This document shows, one piece after another, positions 55,682-64,000 of a stretch of 64,000 nt of DNA. The stretch comes from Pseudomonadota bacterium (lineage in GTDB: Bacteria; Pseudomonadota; Alphaproteobacteria; Sphingomonadales; SMXR01), in contig JADFIA010000003.1 of NCBI GenBank assembly GCA_022566895.1, positions 6,481-70,480 of the forward strand. The letters are read 5' to 3'. The translations under genes were made by a program, and so were the position numbers. Position 1 is the stretch's first letter, and every line of letters begins with the position of its first letter. The notes beneath the pieces were generated by a model. That model had not been told where the DNA came from and did no database searches. It saw nothing but the letters and a program-made list of their open reading frames with translations.

Positions 55682-58171
55682 ATGGGTATCGAAGTCTTGC
55701 CAAAAAAACCGGTGGCCAAGGAAACAGGCGAACAACGCCGGGTCGGCATTCTCCAGGGCGGCAAGTCTCGTCCTGTGATCTGGCCGCAATTGCGCTGGGA
55801 AGGACGCTCGTTCGGTGGCCGGCTCGATATGCGCGCCGCGTCCATAGCGATGGCCGGACTGCTGGTGGCGCTCGGTGCAACGCTGGTCGGGGCCGGCTTT
55901 GGAAGCTGGCAACTCGGAGCCAGCTTTGGCGGCCTGGCGATCACAATTTCAGCCTTTATCGTTCTGACCGGACGCTACCAGGCCGTAGGCCTCAAAAGCG
56001 GGGTTGAAGCCAAGGTGATCGAAGCTGTGCTCGACTCTCGAAGCGAGGGTCGGGTGGTGATCAATGAACTTGGCGAAATGGTGGCCGCCAATCAAAGGTA
56101 CCGCAAGCTTCTGGGGGGCCGTCTGCCTTCGCCGATGAAGCTATTGAAGGAGGCCGAAAGCGAAATCCCGGCCAAGGAATTTCAGCAAAAATTAAGAGAC
56201 GAGGGCGCCGCCTCGACGACGGTTTTGGCCGGCATGAAAGGCGATCTTCAACGGATCGAACTGCACGCAAAGATGTTCGGCTCGTTCGAGGTTTGGCGCC
56301 TACGCAAGACGGCTGCCGATGTGTCGCTCGAGCGGGCGGTCCTGTGGGCAGGCACGACAATGGAACCGAACCTCGAATCGTCAAAAGCCGGCATCATCGT
56401 TACCGACCCGAACGGGGTTATTCGCTATGCAAGCGCTTTGTCGAAGAAATATTTGGCACAAGCCCCAGAGGCCTTGTTCGGGCAAAATCTGAATGACGTT
56501 TTGGAAGCCAGGGGATTCTCTGAAGACGGTACGCGGCGGGGCGAGAATGTCGACCTTATTCGCTTTCCGGTGCCGATCCCGGGGTCCCAGGAGGTGGCCG
56601 GCGAGATCGTTGTGTTTCGCTCGGTCAGCGGCCGCCGGCGGACCTTCGATGACAAGGGATTTCCTGGATTATCGGTAATTTTCGAAGATGCGCCCCTGGC
56701 TATGGTGCTGGTTGACGAAAAAGCGAATATCCGTGAATTCAACCGCTCGTTCGCGGCCATATATAAAGAAGAGTCAGGCAACGATCCCGAAGTTGGCGCG
56801 TCTTTCTTCAATGTTGCCGGGGCTAGCGAGCGCGCCGCGATCTCGAAGGCCATAAAGACGGCTTTTAAACACCCCGGGCAGGAGGTGCCGCTGGTCCTCC
56901 AGCTCGGCAAGGACGGCGAAAAAGTGGTCAAGGCCGTGGTCGGTGCGTTGGGGAGTACCGAGGCCCACGGGGCGGTCTTTTATCTTCTCGACGCAACCGA
57001 GCAGCTGCGGCTCGAGAATCAGTTTATTCAGGCCCAGAAAATGCAGGCGGTCGGGCAACTGGCCGGGGGAATTGCGCACGATTTCAACAATCTCCTAACG
57101 GCAATTATCGGCTTTTGTGATCTTCTGCTGTTGCGCCACGGGCCCGGCGACGAGTCGTTCGGCGACCTCATGCAGATCAAACAAAATTCGAACCGGGCGG
57201 CCGATCTGGTGCGCCAACTGTTGGCATTTTCACGCCGCCAGACCCTGCGACCCAGTGTGTTGAATGTTACTGATGTTCTGGCCGACCTGGCCAATCTGAT
57301 CCGCCGGCTGATCGGCGAGCGGATCGATCTGAAGATCGAACACGGTCGGGACATTGCACGGATCAAGGGTGACCAGGGCCAGCTGGAGCAAGTGATCATC
57401 AATCTCGTGGTCAATGCCCGGGATGCGATGCCCGACGGCGGCGGGCTAACCATCACCACACGACCCGAACATGTCCTTAAAGCCAAGCAGATCGGTGAAT
57501 TTATGATTGCGCCAGGGGAATATGTTCAGATCAGCATCAAGGATACCGGGACCGGCATCGCCGCGGCGGACATAGACAAGATCTTCGAGCCCTTCTTTAC
57601 CACCAAAGCGGTCGGCAAGGGCACCGGGCTGGGTCTTGCGACCGTCTACGGGATCGTCAGCCAGTCCGGCGGCTTTGTCGATGTGCGCAGCCAGCTGGGG
57701 CAGGGCACCGAGGTCCTGATCTCTTTACCGGCCGTATCGGATCTGTCGGATGTCGAAACCATAGAGGCCGAACCCGAGGCCGCTCGACCAAAAGATCTAA
57801 CCGGCCGCGAGGTCATTCTGATTGTCGAGGACGAGGAACCGGTGCGCATCTTTGCCGCCCGGGCGCTGGCCAACAAAGGGTACCAGGTTATCGAGGCCAG
57901 CGACGGCGAAGCGGCCATGGCAATGATGCAGGACCAGGAAGGCGGGCTGGTGGACCTTCTCTTGACCGACGTCGTTATGCCGGGCATGGATGGCCCGACC
58001 CTGGCCGAGAAAGCGCGCCAGATAAATCCCAATATCAAGGTGATTATGGTCTCCGGGTATGCCGAAGAAGGGTTTCGCCAACAACTCGGCAACCGGGATA
58101 TCATTTTTCTGCCCAAACCCTTTTCGCTGACCCAGTTGGTCGAAGAGGTCAAGCGGGCGCTCGAGAGCTGA
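55682..58171 (+). CDS. cckA: hybrid sensor histidine kinase/response regulator, CckA-like
   Basis: Two TM segments, PAS-like regions, DHp '[27 protein letters not shown]' and '[21 protein letters not shown]'. Also carries the HATPase N/G boxes '[10 protein letters not shown]' and 'GTGLGL' and a C-terminal REC domain '[11 protein letters not shown]...[13 protein letters not shown]...KP'. Confidence 0.7.
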   Translation: MGIEVLPKKPVAKETGEQRRVGILQGGKSRPVIWPQLRWEGRSFGGRLDMRAASIAMAGLLVALGATLVGAGFGSWQLGASFGGLAITISAFIVLTGRYQAVGLKSGVEAKVIEAVLDSRSEGRVVINELGEMVAANQRYRKLLGGRLPSPMKLLKEAESEIPAKEFQQKLRDEGAASTTVLAGMKGDLQRIELHAKMFGSFEVWRLRKTAADVSLERAVLWAGTTMEPNLESSKAGIIVTDPNGVIRYASALSKKYLAQAPEALFGQNLNDVLEARGFSEDGTRRGENVDLIRFPVPIPGSQEVAGEIVVFRSVSGRRRTFDDKGFPGLSVIFEDAPLAMVLVDEKANIREFNRSFAAIYKEESGNDPEVGASFFNVAGASERAAISKAIKTAFKHPGQEVPLVLQLGKDGEKVVKAVVGALGSTEAHGAVFYLLDATEQLRLENQFIQAQKMQAVGQLAGGIAHDFNNLLTAIIGFCDLLLLRHGPGDESFGDLMQIKQNSNRAADLVRQLLAFSRRQTLRPSVLNVTDVLADLANLIRRLIGERIDLKIEHGRDIARIKGDQGQLEQVIINLVVNARDAMPDGGGLTITTRPEHVLKAKQIGEFMIAPGEYVQISIKDTGTGIAAADIDKIFEPFFTTKAVGKGTGLGLATVYGIVSQSGGFVDVRSQLGQGTEVLISLPAVSDLSDVETIEAEPEAARPKDLTGREVILIVEDEEPVRIFAARALANKGYQVIEASDGEAAMAMMQDQEGGLVDLLLTDVVMPGMDGPTLAEKARQINPNIKVIMVSGYAEEGFRQQLGNRDIIFLPKPFSLTQLVEEVKRALES

Positions 58172-58199
58172 CTTTCCGTTAAATTCTCCGATTTCGTTC

Positions 58200-58214
58200 G
58201 AACATGTGCGGAAC
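58200..58214 (+). promoter_or_regulatory. LexA (SOS) box 1 upstream of recA
   Basis: Perfect GAAC-ATGTGCG-GAAC direct repeat. Confidence 0.65.
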
Positions 58215-58268
58215 ATCACACGGAAAATCCTTGATTTACAATAACTTAAAAAAATACCTTGCAGATGA

Positions 58269-58283
58269 GAACAAAACAGGTAC
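58269..58283 (+). promoter_or_regulatory. LexA (SOS) box 2 upstream of recA (one mismatch)
   Basis: GAAC-AAAACAG-GTAC. Lies between a TTGCAG -35-like and a TACATT -10-like hexamer. Its left half is identical to the imuA box. Confidence 0.5.
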
Positions 58284-58335
58284 ATTTGAGCCATTGAATT
58301 CGAATTGGGGCTGTGAAATAAGGAAGGAACGCACC

Positions 58336-59445
58336 ATGTCTACCGCCAAACTGAAAGTGGTTGGAGAGAGGTCCATGGACAAGAACCGGGCGCTCGAGGC
58401 CGCCCTTAGTCAGATCGACCGGGCCTTCGGCAAGGGATCAATCATGCGGCTCGGCCAAAAGGAGATCGATGTGGAGATGGCATCCATCTCTACTGGCTCC
58501 CTCGGGCTCGACATGGCGCTCGGTATCGGTGGCCTGCCCAGGGGCAGGGTGGTTGAGATTTTTGGCCCCGAAAGTTCCGGCAAGACGACCCTGGCCCTCC
58601 ACGTGATTGCCGAAGCGCAAAAGGCCGGCGGCATCGCTGCCTTTATCGATGCCGAACATGCGCTCGATCCGGCCTACGCTCAAAAGCTCGGCGTTGACGT
58701 CGGCGAACTGTTGATTTCACAACCGGACACCGGCGAACAGGCGCTTGAAATCTCGGACACACTCGTGTGCTCGGGGGCGGTGGATATTCTGGTTATCGAC
58801 AGTGTCGCCGCGCTGATCCCGCGGGCCGAGCTTGAAGGCGAAATGGGCGATGTTCATGTCGGCCTGCAGGCACGGCTGATGAGCCAGGCCCTCAGAAAAC
58901 TTGCCGGCTCGATCTCGAAGTCCAAATGCATGGTCGTCTTTATCAATCAGCTGCGCATGAAGATCGGTGTCATGTACGGCTCGCCAGAGGTGACCACCGG
59001 CGGTAACGCGCTCAAGTTTTACGCCTCGGTGCGGCTCGATATCCGGCGCATCGGCCAGATCAAGGACAAGGACGAAATCGTCGGCAACAGCGTCCGGGTC
59101 CGGGTGGTCAAGAACAAGGTCGCGCCGCCTTTCAAAACGGCCGAGTTCGACATCATGTACGGCCACGGCATTTCCAAGACCGGTGAGATCGTTGACTGGG
59201 GCGTCAAGGAGGGGGTGATCGAGAAATCCGGCTCCTGGTATTCGTACAATAGCGAGCGGATCGGTCAGGGCCGCGAAAACGCCAAACGTTTTTTGGCCGA
59301 GCAACCGGATATCGCAGCGGCTATTGAGCAGACCATTTTAAGGAATGCCGGATTGACCGACGAAGCACCAACGACAAATGAGGAGACGGCGGCTCCCGAG
59401 GCCGCGGAGGCCATCCCCGAGGCCGCCGAGGTCATCAAAAAATAG
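58336..59445 (+). CDS. recA: recombinase RecA
   Basis: '[26 protein letters not shown]', Walker A 'GPESSGKTT' and '[37 protein letters not shown]'. AAGGAAGGA RBS. Confidence 0.95.
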   Translation: MSTAKLKVVGERSMDKNRALEAALSQIDRAFGKGSIMRLGQKEIDVEMASISTGSLGLDMALGIGGLPRGRVVEIFGPESSGKTTLALHVIAEAQKAGGIAAFIDAEHALDPAYAQKLGVDVGELLISQPDTGEQALEISDTLVCSGAVDILVIDSVAALIPRAELEGEMGDVHVGLQARLMSQALRKLAGSISKSKCMVVFINQLRMKIGVMYGSPEVTTGGNALKFYASVRLDIRRIGQIKDKDEIVGNSVRVRVVKNKVAPPFKTAEFDIMYGHGISKTGEIVDWGVKEGVIEKSGSWYSYNSERIGQGRENAKRFLAEQPDIAAAIEQTILRNAGLTDEAPTTNEETAAPEAAEAIPEAAEVIKK

Positions 59446-59469
59446 GTTCTACCCAGCCCCCCGACTGAC

Positions 59470-59499
59470 GGCCCCCAGACTTGCGGGGGCCGTTTTTCT
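59470..59499 (+). terminator. intrinsic terminator downstream of recA
   Basis: GGCCCCC-agacttgc-GGGGGCC stem-loop followed by GTTTTTCTT. Confidence 0.6.
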
Positions 59500-59614
59500 T
59501 AGCCCCGCAAGAGGTCCGCTGGACAGTCACCCGGCGAGCAGGTACAAGCAGCCATAAGAGAAACGCCCAAGGCCATCGTGGAAGGGCGATAGCGGGATCC
59601 CCGGGGGCCACGGA

Positions 59615-62272
59615 ATGACCGCCACGAACGACATTCGAAGCGCCTTCTTGGCCTATTTTGAGGGCCATCAGCACCAGCGCGTGGCCTCGTCACCCCTAGT
59701 GCCGATCAACGACCCCACCCTGATGTTCGCCAATGCCGGCATGGTTCAGTTCAAGAATGTTTTCACCGGCCAGGAGTCGCGCCCCTATGATCGTGCCGTG
59801 ACGGCCCAGAAATGCGTCCGGGCCGGCGGCAAACACAATGATCTGGATAATGTCGGCTTTTCGGCCCGCCACCACACCTTCTTCGAAATGCTCGGCAACT
59901 TCTCGTTCGGCGATTATTTCAAGGAAAAGGCCATTTTTTATGCCTGGGACCTGATCACCAAGACCTTTGAGCTCGATCAGGAGCGGCTGTGGGTCACCGT
60001 CTTTGACCAGGATGAAGAGGCATTCAAGCTGTGGCGCAAGATCTCGAACCTGCCCGAGGACCGCATCGTCAGGATTGCCGGCAGCGACAATTTCTGGGCC
60101 ATGGGTCCGAGGGGTCCCTGCGGACCATGCTCCGAGATTTTCTATGACCATGGCGAAGCGCTGGATGGGGGCCCGCCCGGCAGCGTCCACGACGATGGCC
60201 AGCGCTATGTCGAGATCTGGAATCTGGTGTTCATGCAATTCGATCAGGTGAGCGAAGACGAGCGGCAGCCGCTGCCCAAACCCAGCATCGATACGGGCAT
60301 GGGGCTCGAGCGGATCGCGGCGGTCCTTCAGGGCACCCATGACAACTATCAAACCGACACCTTCAGGAGACTTATCGAGGCTTCCAGAGAAGCGACCGGC
60401 GATCCGGGCGAGGGCACTCATCTGGTCGAGCACCGGGTGATCGCCGACCATTTAAGAGCCGCCGGCTTTCTGGTTGCCGACGGCGTGCTGCCGGCGAACG
60501 AAGGACGTGGCTACGTGTTGCGGCGCATTATGCGGCGGGCCATGAGACAGGTTCATCAACTGGGTTCCAAGGATCTGGTGATGCACCGCCTGGTGCCGAC
60601 CCTGATCAGAGAGATGGGTCAGGCCTATCCCGAGTTGGCACGCGCCCAGCTATTGATCGAGGAGACCCTTGAGCTCGAGGAGGAGGGGTTCCGCATGACT
60701 TTGGAGCGCGGCCTCAAGTTGCTCGGCAAGGCGGCCTCAAAGCTTGGCCAACACGAGCCGCTGCCGGGCGATGTGGTGTTTCAGCTCTATGACACCTATG
60801 GTTTTCCGGTCGACCTGACCCAAGATGCCATGCGGGCCGAGGGCAGGAGCGTCGACATGGCCGGTTTCGAGGCGGCGATGGAAAAGCAGCGGGCCGAAGC
60901 CCGCAAGCATTGGAAGGGGTCGGGCGAGAAGGCTACCGAGCAAATCTGGTTCGAGATTCGCCAGGCCTCGGGGGCCACAGATTTTCTCGGCTACGAAACC
61001 GAGTCTGCCGAAGCACAGTTGCTGGCCCTGGTCGCCGACGGAAAACAGGTCAAGGAAGCCAAGGCCGGTCAGGAGCTGTCGCTGGTCACCAATCAAACGC
61101 CGTTTTATGGCGAGTCCGGTGGCCAGGTCGGCGATACCGGCTTCCTCACAGGACCCGACGGCGCCCGTTTTCAGATCGAGGACACGCAAATAAAACTGGG
61201 CGATCTGGAGGTCCATATCGGACGGTTGAAGGAAGGCAGGTTGGCGGCCGGCGACTTTGTGAAACTCAACGTTGACGGCAACCGGCGGCGCAAGCTGAGA
61301 GCCAATCACTCGGCGACCCACCTGCTGCACGCCGCCTTAAAAGCGCGGCTCGGGGACCAGGTGACCCAAAAGGGATCATATGTCGGCCCGGAGCGGCTGC
61401 GCTTCGATCTCTCCCAACGCAAGGTCATTACGACCGAACAGCTGGCACAGATCGAAGATGACGTGAACGCCCAAATTGCTCTTAATCTCGAGGTTAAGAC
61501 CCACCTGATGACCCCGGAGGCGGCGATCGCCGAAGGCGCCGAGGCGCTGTTCGGGGAGAAATATGGTGAAGAAGTCAGGGTCGTTTCAATGGGCGGTGAG
61601 GATTCGAGGGGTCGGGCCAATTATTCGGTCGAACTGTGCGGCGGCACCCACGTGCGGCGGACCGGCGATATCGGGCTCTTCAAGATCGTCTCGCAAAGCG
61701 CGGTTGCAGCCGGAGTGCGGCGGCTCGAAGCCCTGATCGGTGATGCGGCCCGTCACTATCTGCTCCAAGAGGAGGCGCGACTTAAGCAGACGGCGAAGAT
61801 TTTAAAAGCCGCCCCAAAGGATGTGCCGGAGCGGGTCAAAAGCCTGCTCGACGAGCGTCGCCGTCTGGCAGATGAATTGCGCCAGACCAAACGGAAGCTG
61901 GCGCTCGGCGGCGGCGTCGGTGCCGGCCCTGAGGTCAAGGACCTTGGCGGTACGAAATTTCTCAGTCAGATCTTGGACGACGTGCAGCCCCAGGAATTGC
62001 GCCGTATGGCCGATGCGGCCAAGAAAAAGCTGGGCTCGGGCGTGGTGGCACTGATCAGCGTCAACGATGGCAAGGCGGCACTTCTTGTCGGCGTCACCGA
62101 CGACCTGATCAAGACTTTTGACGCGGTCGGGCTGGTGCAGGCGGGGGCCGCAGCGCTTGGCGGCAAAGGCGGTGGTGGGCGCAAGGACATGGCCCAGGCC
62201 GGCGGCCCGAATGGCGCCGCGGCTGAAGACGCCCTGGCGGCCATAGAGGCGGCGATCTCGAAAGCCTCGTAA
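59615..62272 (+). CDS. alaS: alanyl-tRNA synthetase
   Basis: '[32 protein letters not shown]', '[15 protein letters not shown]', editing-domain 'HSATHLLH' and 'CGGTHV', and C-terminal DHHA1 '[15 protein letters not shown]'. Confidence 0.95.
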   Translation: MTATNDIRSAFLAYFEGHQHQRVASSPLVPINDPTLMFANAGMVQFKNVFTGQESRPYDRAVTAQKCVRAGGKHNDLDNVGFSARHHTFFEMLGNFSFGDYFKEKAIFYAWDLITKTFELDQERLWVTVFDQDEEAFKLWRKISNLPEDRIVRIAGSDNFWAMGPRGPCGPCSEIFYDHGEALDGGPPGSVHDDGQRYVEIWNLVFMQFDQVSEDERQPLPKPSIDTGMGLERIAAVLQGTHDNYQTDTFRRLIEASREATGDPGEGTHLVEHRVIADHLRAAGFLVADGVLPANEGRGYVLRRIMRRAMRQVHQLGSKDLVMHRLVPTLIREMGQAYPELARAQLLIEETLELEEEGFRMTLERGLKLLGKAASKLGQHEPLPGDVVFQLYDTYGFPVDLTQDAMRAEGRSVDMAGFEAAMEKQRAEARKHWKGSGEKATEQIWFEIRQASGATDFLGYETESAEAQLLALVADGKQVKEAKAGQELSLVTNQTPFYGESGGQVGDTGFLTGPDGARFQIEDTQIKLGDLEVHIGRLKEGRLAAGDFVKLNVDGNRRRKLRANHSATHLLHAALKARLGDQVTQKGSYVGPERLRFDLSQRKVITTEQLAQIEDDVNAQIALNLEVKTHLMTPEAAIAEGAEALFGEKYGEEVRVVSMGGEDSRGRANYSVELCGGTHVRRTGDIGLFKIVSQSAVAAGVRRLEALIGDAARHYLLQEEARLKQTAKILKAAPKDVPERVKSLLDERRRLADELRQTKRKLALGGGVGAGPEVKDLGGTKFLSQILDDVQPQELRRMADAAKKKLGSGVVALISVNDGKAALLVGVTDDLIKTFDAVGLVQAGAAALGGKGGGGRKDMAQAGGPNGAAAEDALAAIEAAISKAS

Positions 62273-62281
62273 CGCCGACGG

Positions 62282-63505
62282 TCAGGCGGCGGCGCCTATC
62301 TTTATTTGCAGATTTTCATCGATTTTGGCGAAGAATTGCTGGGTCGTCAGCCAGGTTTGGTCGGGGCCGATCAGAAGCGCCAGATCCTTGGTCATATGGC
62401 CCGCTTCGACGGTCTCGATGCAGACCGCTTCGAGGGCTTCGGCAAAACGTACGAGCTCTGGCGTCTGGTCAAGCTCGCCGCGGTGCTTGAGACCGCCCGA
62501 CCAGGCAAAAATCGAAGCAATCGGATTGGTCGAGGTTTCCTTGCCGGCCTGATGCTGGCGATAATGCCGGGTGACGGTACCGTGTGCGGCCTCGGATTCG
62601 ATGGTCTTGCCATCCGGGGTTATCAGGATAGATTTCATCAGGCCGAGGCTGCCGAAGCCCTGGGCGATCGTGTCCGACTGCACGTCGCCGTCGTAATTTT
62701 TGCAGGCCCAGACAAACTTGCCGCTCCACTTGAGCGCCGCCGCGACCATATCATCGATCAGCCGGTGCTCGTAGGTGATACCCGCTTTCTCGAAGGCATC
62801 CTTAAATTCGGCCTCGAAGATCTCCTCGAACAGGTCCTTGAAGCGGCCGTCATAGGCCTTCAGAATTGTATTTTTGGTTGACAGATAAACCGGCCAGCCG
62901 CGTTTCAGGCCATAATTCATGCAGGCCCTGGCGAAGCCGCGGATCGAATCGTCGAGGTTATACATCGACAGGGCGACGCCCGGGCCGGGGAAGTTGAAGA
63001 CTTCCCTTTCGATCACTTCGCCACCGTCGGCGGGCTCAAACCGCACGCTGAGGCGCCCCTTGCCCGGGACCAGAAAATCAGTCGCCCGGTACTGGTCGCC
63101 AAACGCATGGCGACCGATGACGATGGGATCGGTCCAGCCGGGAACCAGGCGCGGTACGTTTCGCATCAGGATCGGTTCGCGAAAGACGGTGCCGCCAAGA
63201 ATATTGCGGATGGTACCGTTTGGGGACTTCCACATTTCCTTGAGGCCGAATTCTTCGACCCGTGCTTCATCGGGCGTGATGGTGGCGCATTTTATGCCGA
63301 CACCGTGCTCTTTGATGGCGTTCGCTGCTTCGATGGTGATCTGATCGTCGCTTTCGTCGCGCGATTGAATGCTGAGATCGTAATAGATCAGGTCGATATC
63401 CAGATAGGGCTGGATCAGCCGCTGGCGAATCCACTGCCAAATGATCCGGGTCATTTCATCGCCGTCCAATTCGACGACCGGATTCAAGACTTTGATTTTC
63501 CGCAT
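62282..63505 (-). CDS. icd: NADP-dependent isocitrate dehydrogenase (homodimeric, eukaryote-like type)
   Basis: '[21 protein letters not shown]...[11 protein letters not shown]...NYDGDVQSD'. ATG at 63505, with a TTG at 63508 in the track. Confidence 0.9.
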   Translation of the reverse strand: MRKIKVLNPVVELDGDEMTRIIWQWIRQRLIQPYLDIDLIYYDLSIQSRDESDDQITIEAANAIKEHGVGIKCATITPDEARVEEFGLKEMWKSPNGTIRNILGGTVFREPILMRNVPRLVPGWTDPIVIGRHAFGDQYRATDFLVPGKGRLSVRFEPADGGEVIEREVFNFPGPGVALSMYNLDDSIRGFARACMNYGLKRGWPVYLSTKNTILKAYDGRFKDLFEEIFEAEFKDAFEKAGITYEHRLIDDMVAAALKWSGKFVWACKNYDGDVQSDTIAQGFGSLGLMKSILITPDGKTIESEAAHGTVTRHYRQHQAGKETSTNPIASIFAWSGGLKHRGELDQTPELVRFAEALEAVCIETVEAGHMTKDLALLIGPDQTWLTTQQFFAKIDENLQIKIGAAA

Positions 63506-63622
63506 CAATATTCCTTTTTCGCTGGCGTCTTTCCGTCAATGGCCGGGCCGGCGATATCGGCCGCAACCTATCAGGTCACCCCATCGAGGGGAAGTGATCT
63601 CGAAGCCATTGGGCCGGTTCCG

Positions 63623-64000
63623 TTAGCGATCAGAATCGACCGCGGGACGCCAGCCGTCGAGGGCCGGCAGGACCTCCTCAACCTGTCCGACAGTCAGGTA
63701 AAGCTGCCGCGTAATCGAATCGGCAAACCCGCCGTCGATCATATGTTCATGTACTGCAAAAAATGGATCCCAATATCCTTCATGATTAAGCATGACGACG
63801 GGCTTTTCATGCATACCGAGCTGCGCCATGGTTACCACGTCAAGGATCTCATCAAGCGTCCCCAGACCACCCGGCAAGGCCACGAAAGCGTCCGAAAGAT
63901 CGAACATGATCCGTTTGCGGGTTTGCATATCCTGGACCACGTGGAGCGTGTCGGCTTCGGTAAAGGCGATCTCAAGCTCGTTCAAATGTTCAGGGATTAC
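63623..64000 (-). CDS. LOG-family (TIGR00730) nucleotide phosphoribohydrolase, N-terminus outside window
   Basis: 'ALPGGLGTLDEI' and 'KPVVMLN..GYWDP' motifs. The frame stays open to the window edge. Confidence 0.75.
   Translation of the reverse strand, partial: VIPEHLNELEIAFTEADTLHVVQDMQTRKRIMFDLSDAFVALPGGLGTLDEILDVVTMAQLGMHEKPVVMLNHEGYWDPFFAVHEHMIDGGFADSITRQLYLTVGQVEEVLPALDGWRPAVDSDR

Overview
About 60% GC, gene-dense chromosomal segment with roughly 65 CDS and one tRNA. I saw no rRNA, CRISPR array, transposase or integrase. The content looks alphaproteobacterial: direct-repeat GAAC-N7-GAAC SOS boxes, a TTAA-N7-TTAA CtrA-type box, a CckA-like hybrid kinase, an imuA-imuB-dnaE2 cassette, and the string argS-SPOR-nagZ-scpAB-tatABC-serS-surE-nlpD-yajC-secDF. 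Left to right: valS 3' end; a small detox-like cluster (two exported MBL hydrolases, VOC, GFA); xthA, erpA, dgt, argS and the housekeeping string through glpX and recJ; tRNA-Glu(UUC). Then comes a five-gene coxMNOP-like alternative caa3 oxidase cluster plus DUF2189, followed by a PLP dehydratase, DUF885, rhomboid, DUF4170, MlaC, cytochrome c, an AGCS symporter and a TRAP transporter. The right part holds the LexA-boxed imuA-imuB-dnaE2 cassette, two exported methyltransferase-fold paralogues, an MDR oxidoreductase and dksA. It ends with a flagellar string (fliL-fliM plus four poorly characterised exported genes) running into a CckA-like kinase, then recA with two SOS boxes, alaS, icd and a partial LOG gene. 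The most interesting items are: (1) the uncharacterised MotE-like / 2x MotB-like / 831-aa signal-peptide TPR module fused to fliLM behind a CtrA box and followed by cckA; (2) the hallmark C-terminal tail of DnaE2, which sits out of frame downstream of the dnaE2 stop; (3) an orphan terminator-like hairpin (candidate sRNA) upstream of dksA; (4) a 23% GC patch inside dnaE2. All functional calls rest on motif recognition by eye. No database search was run.
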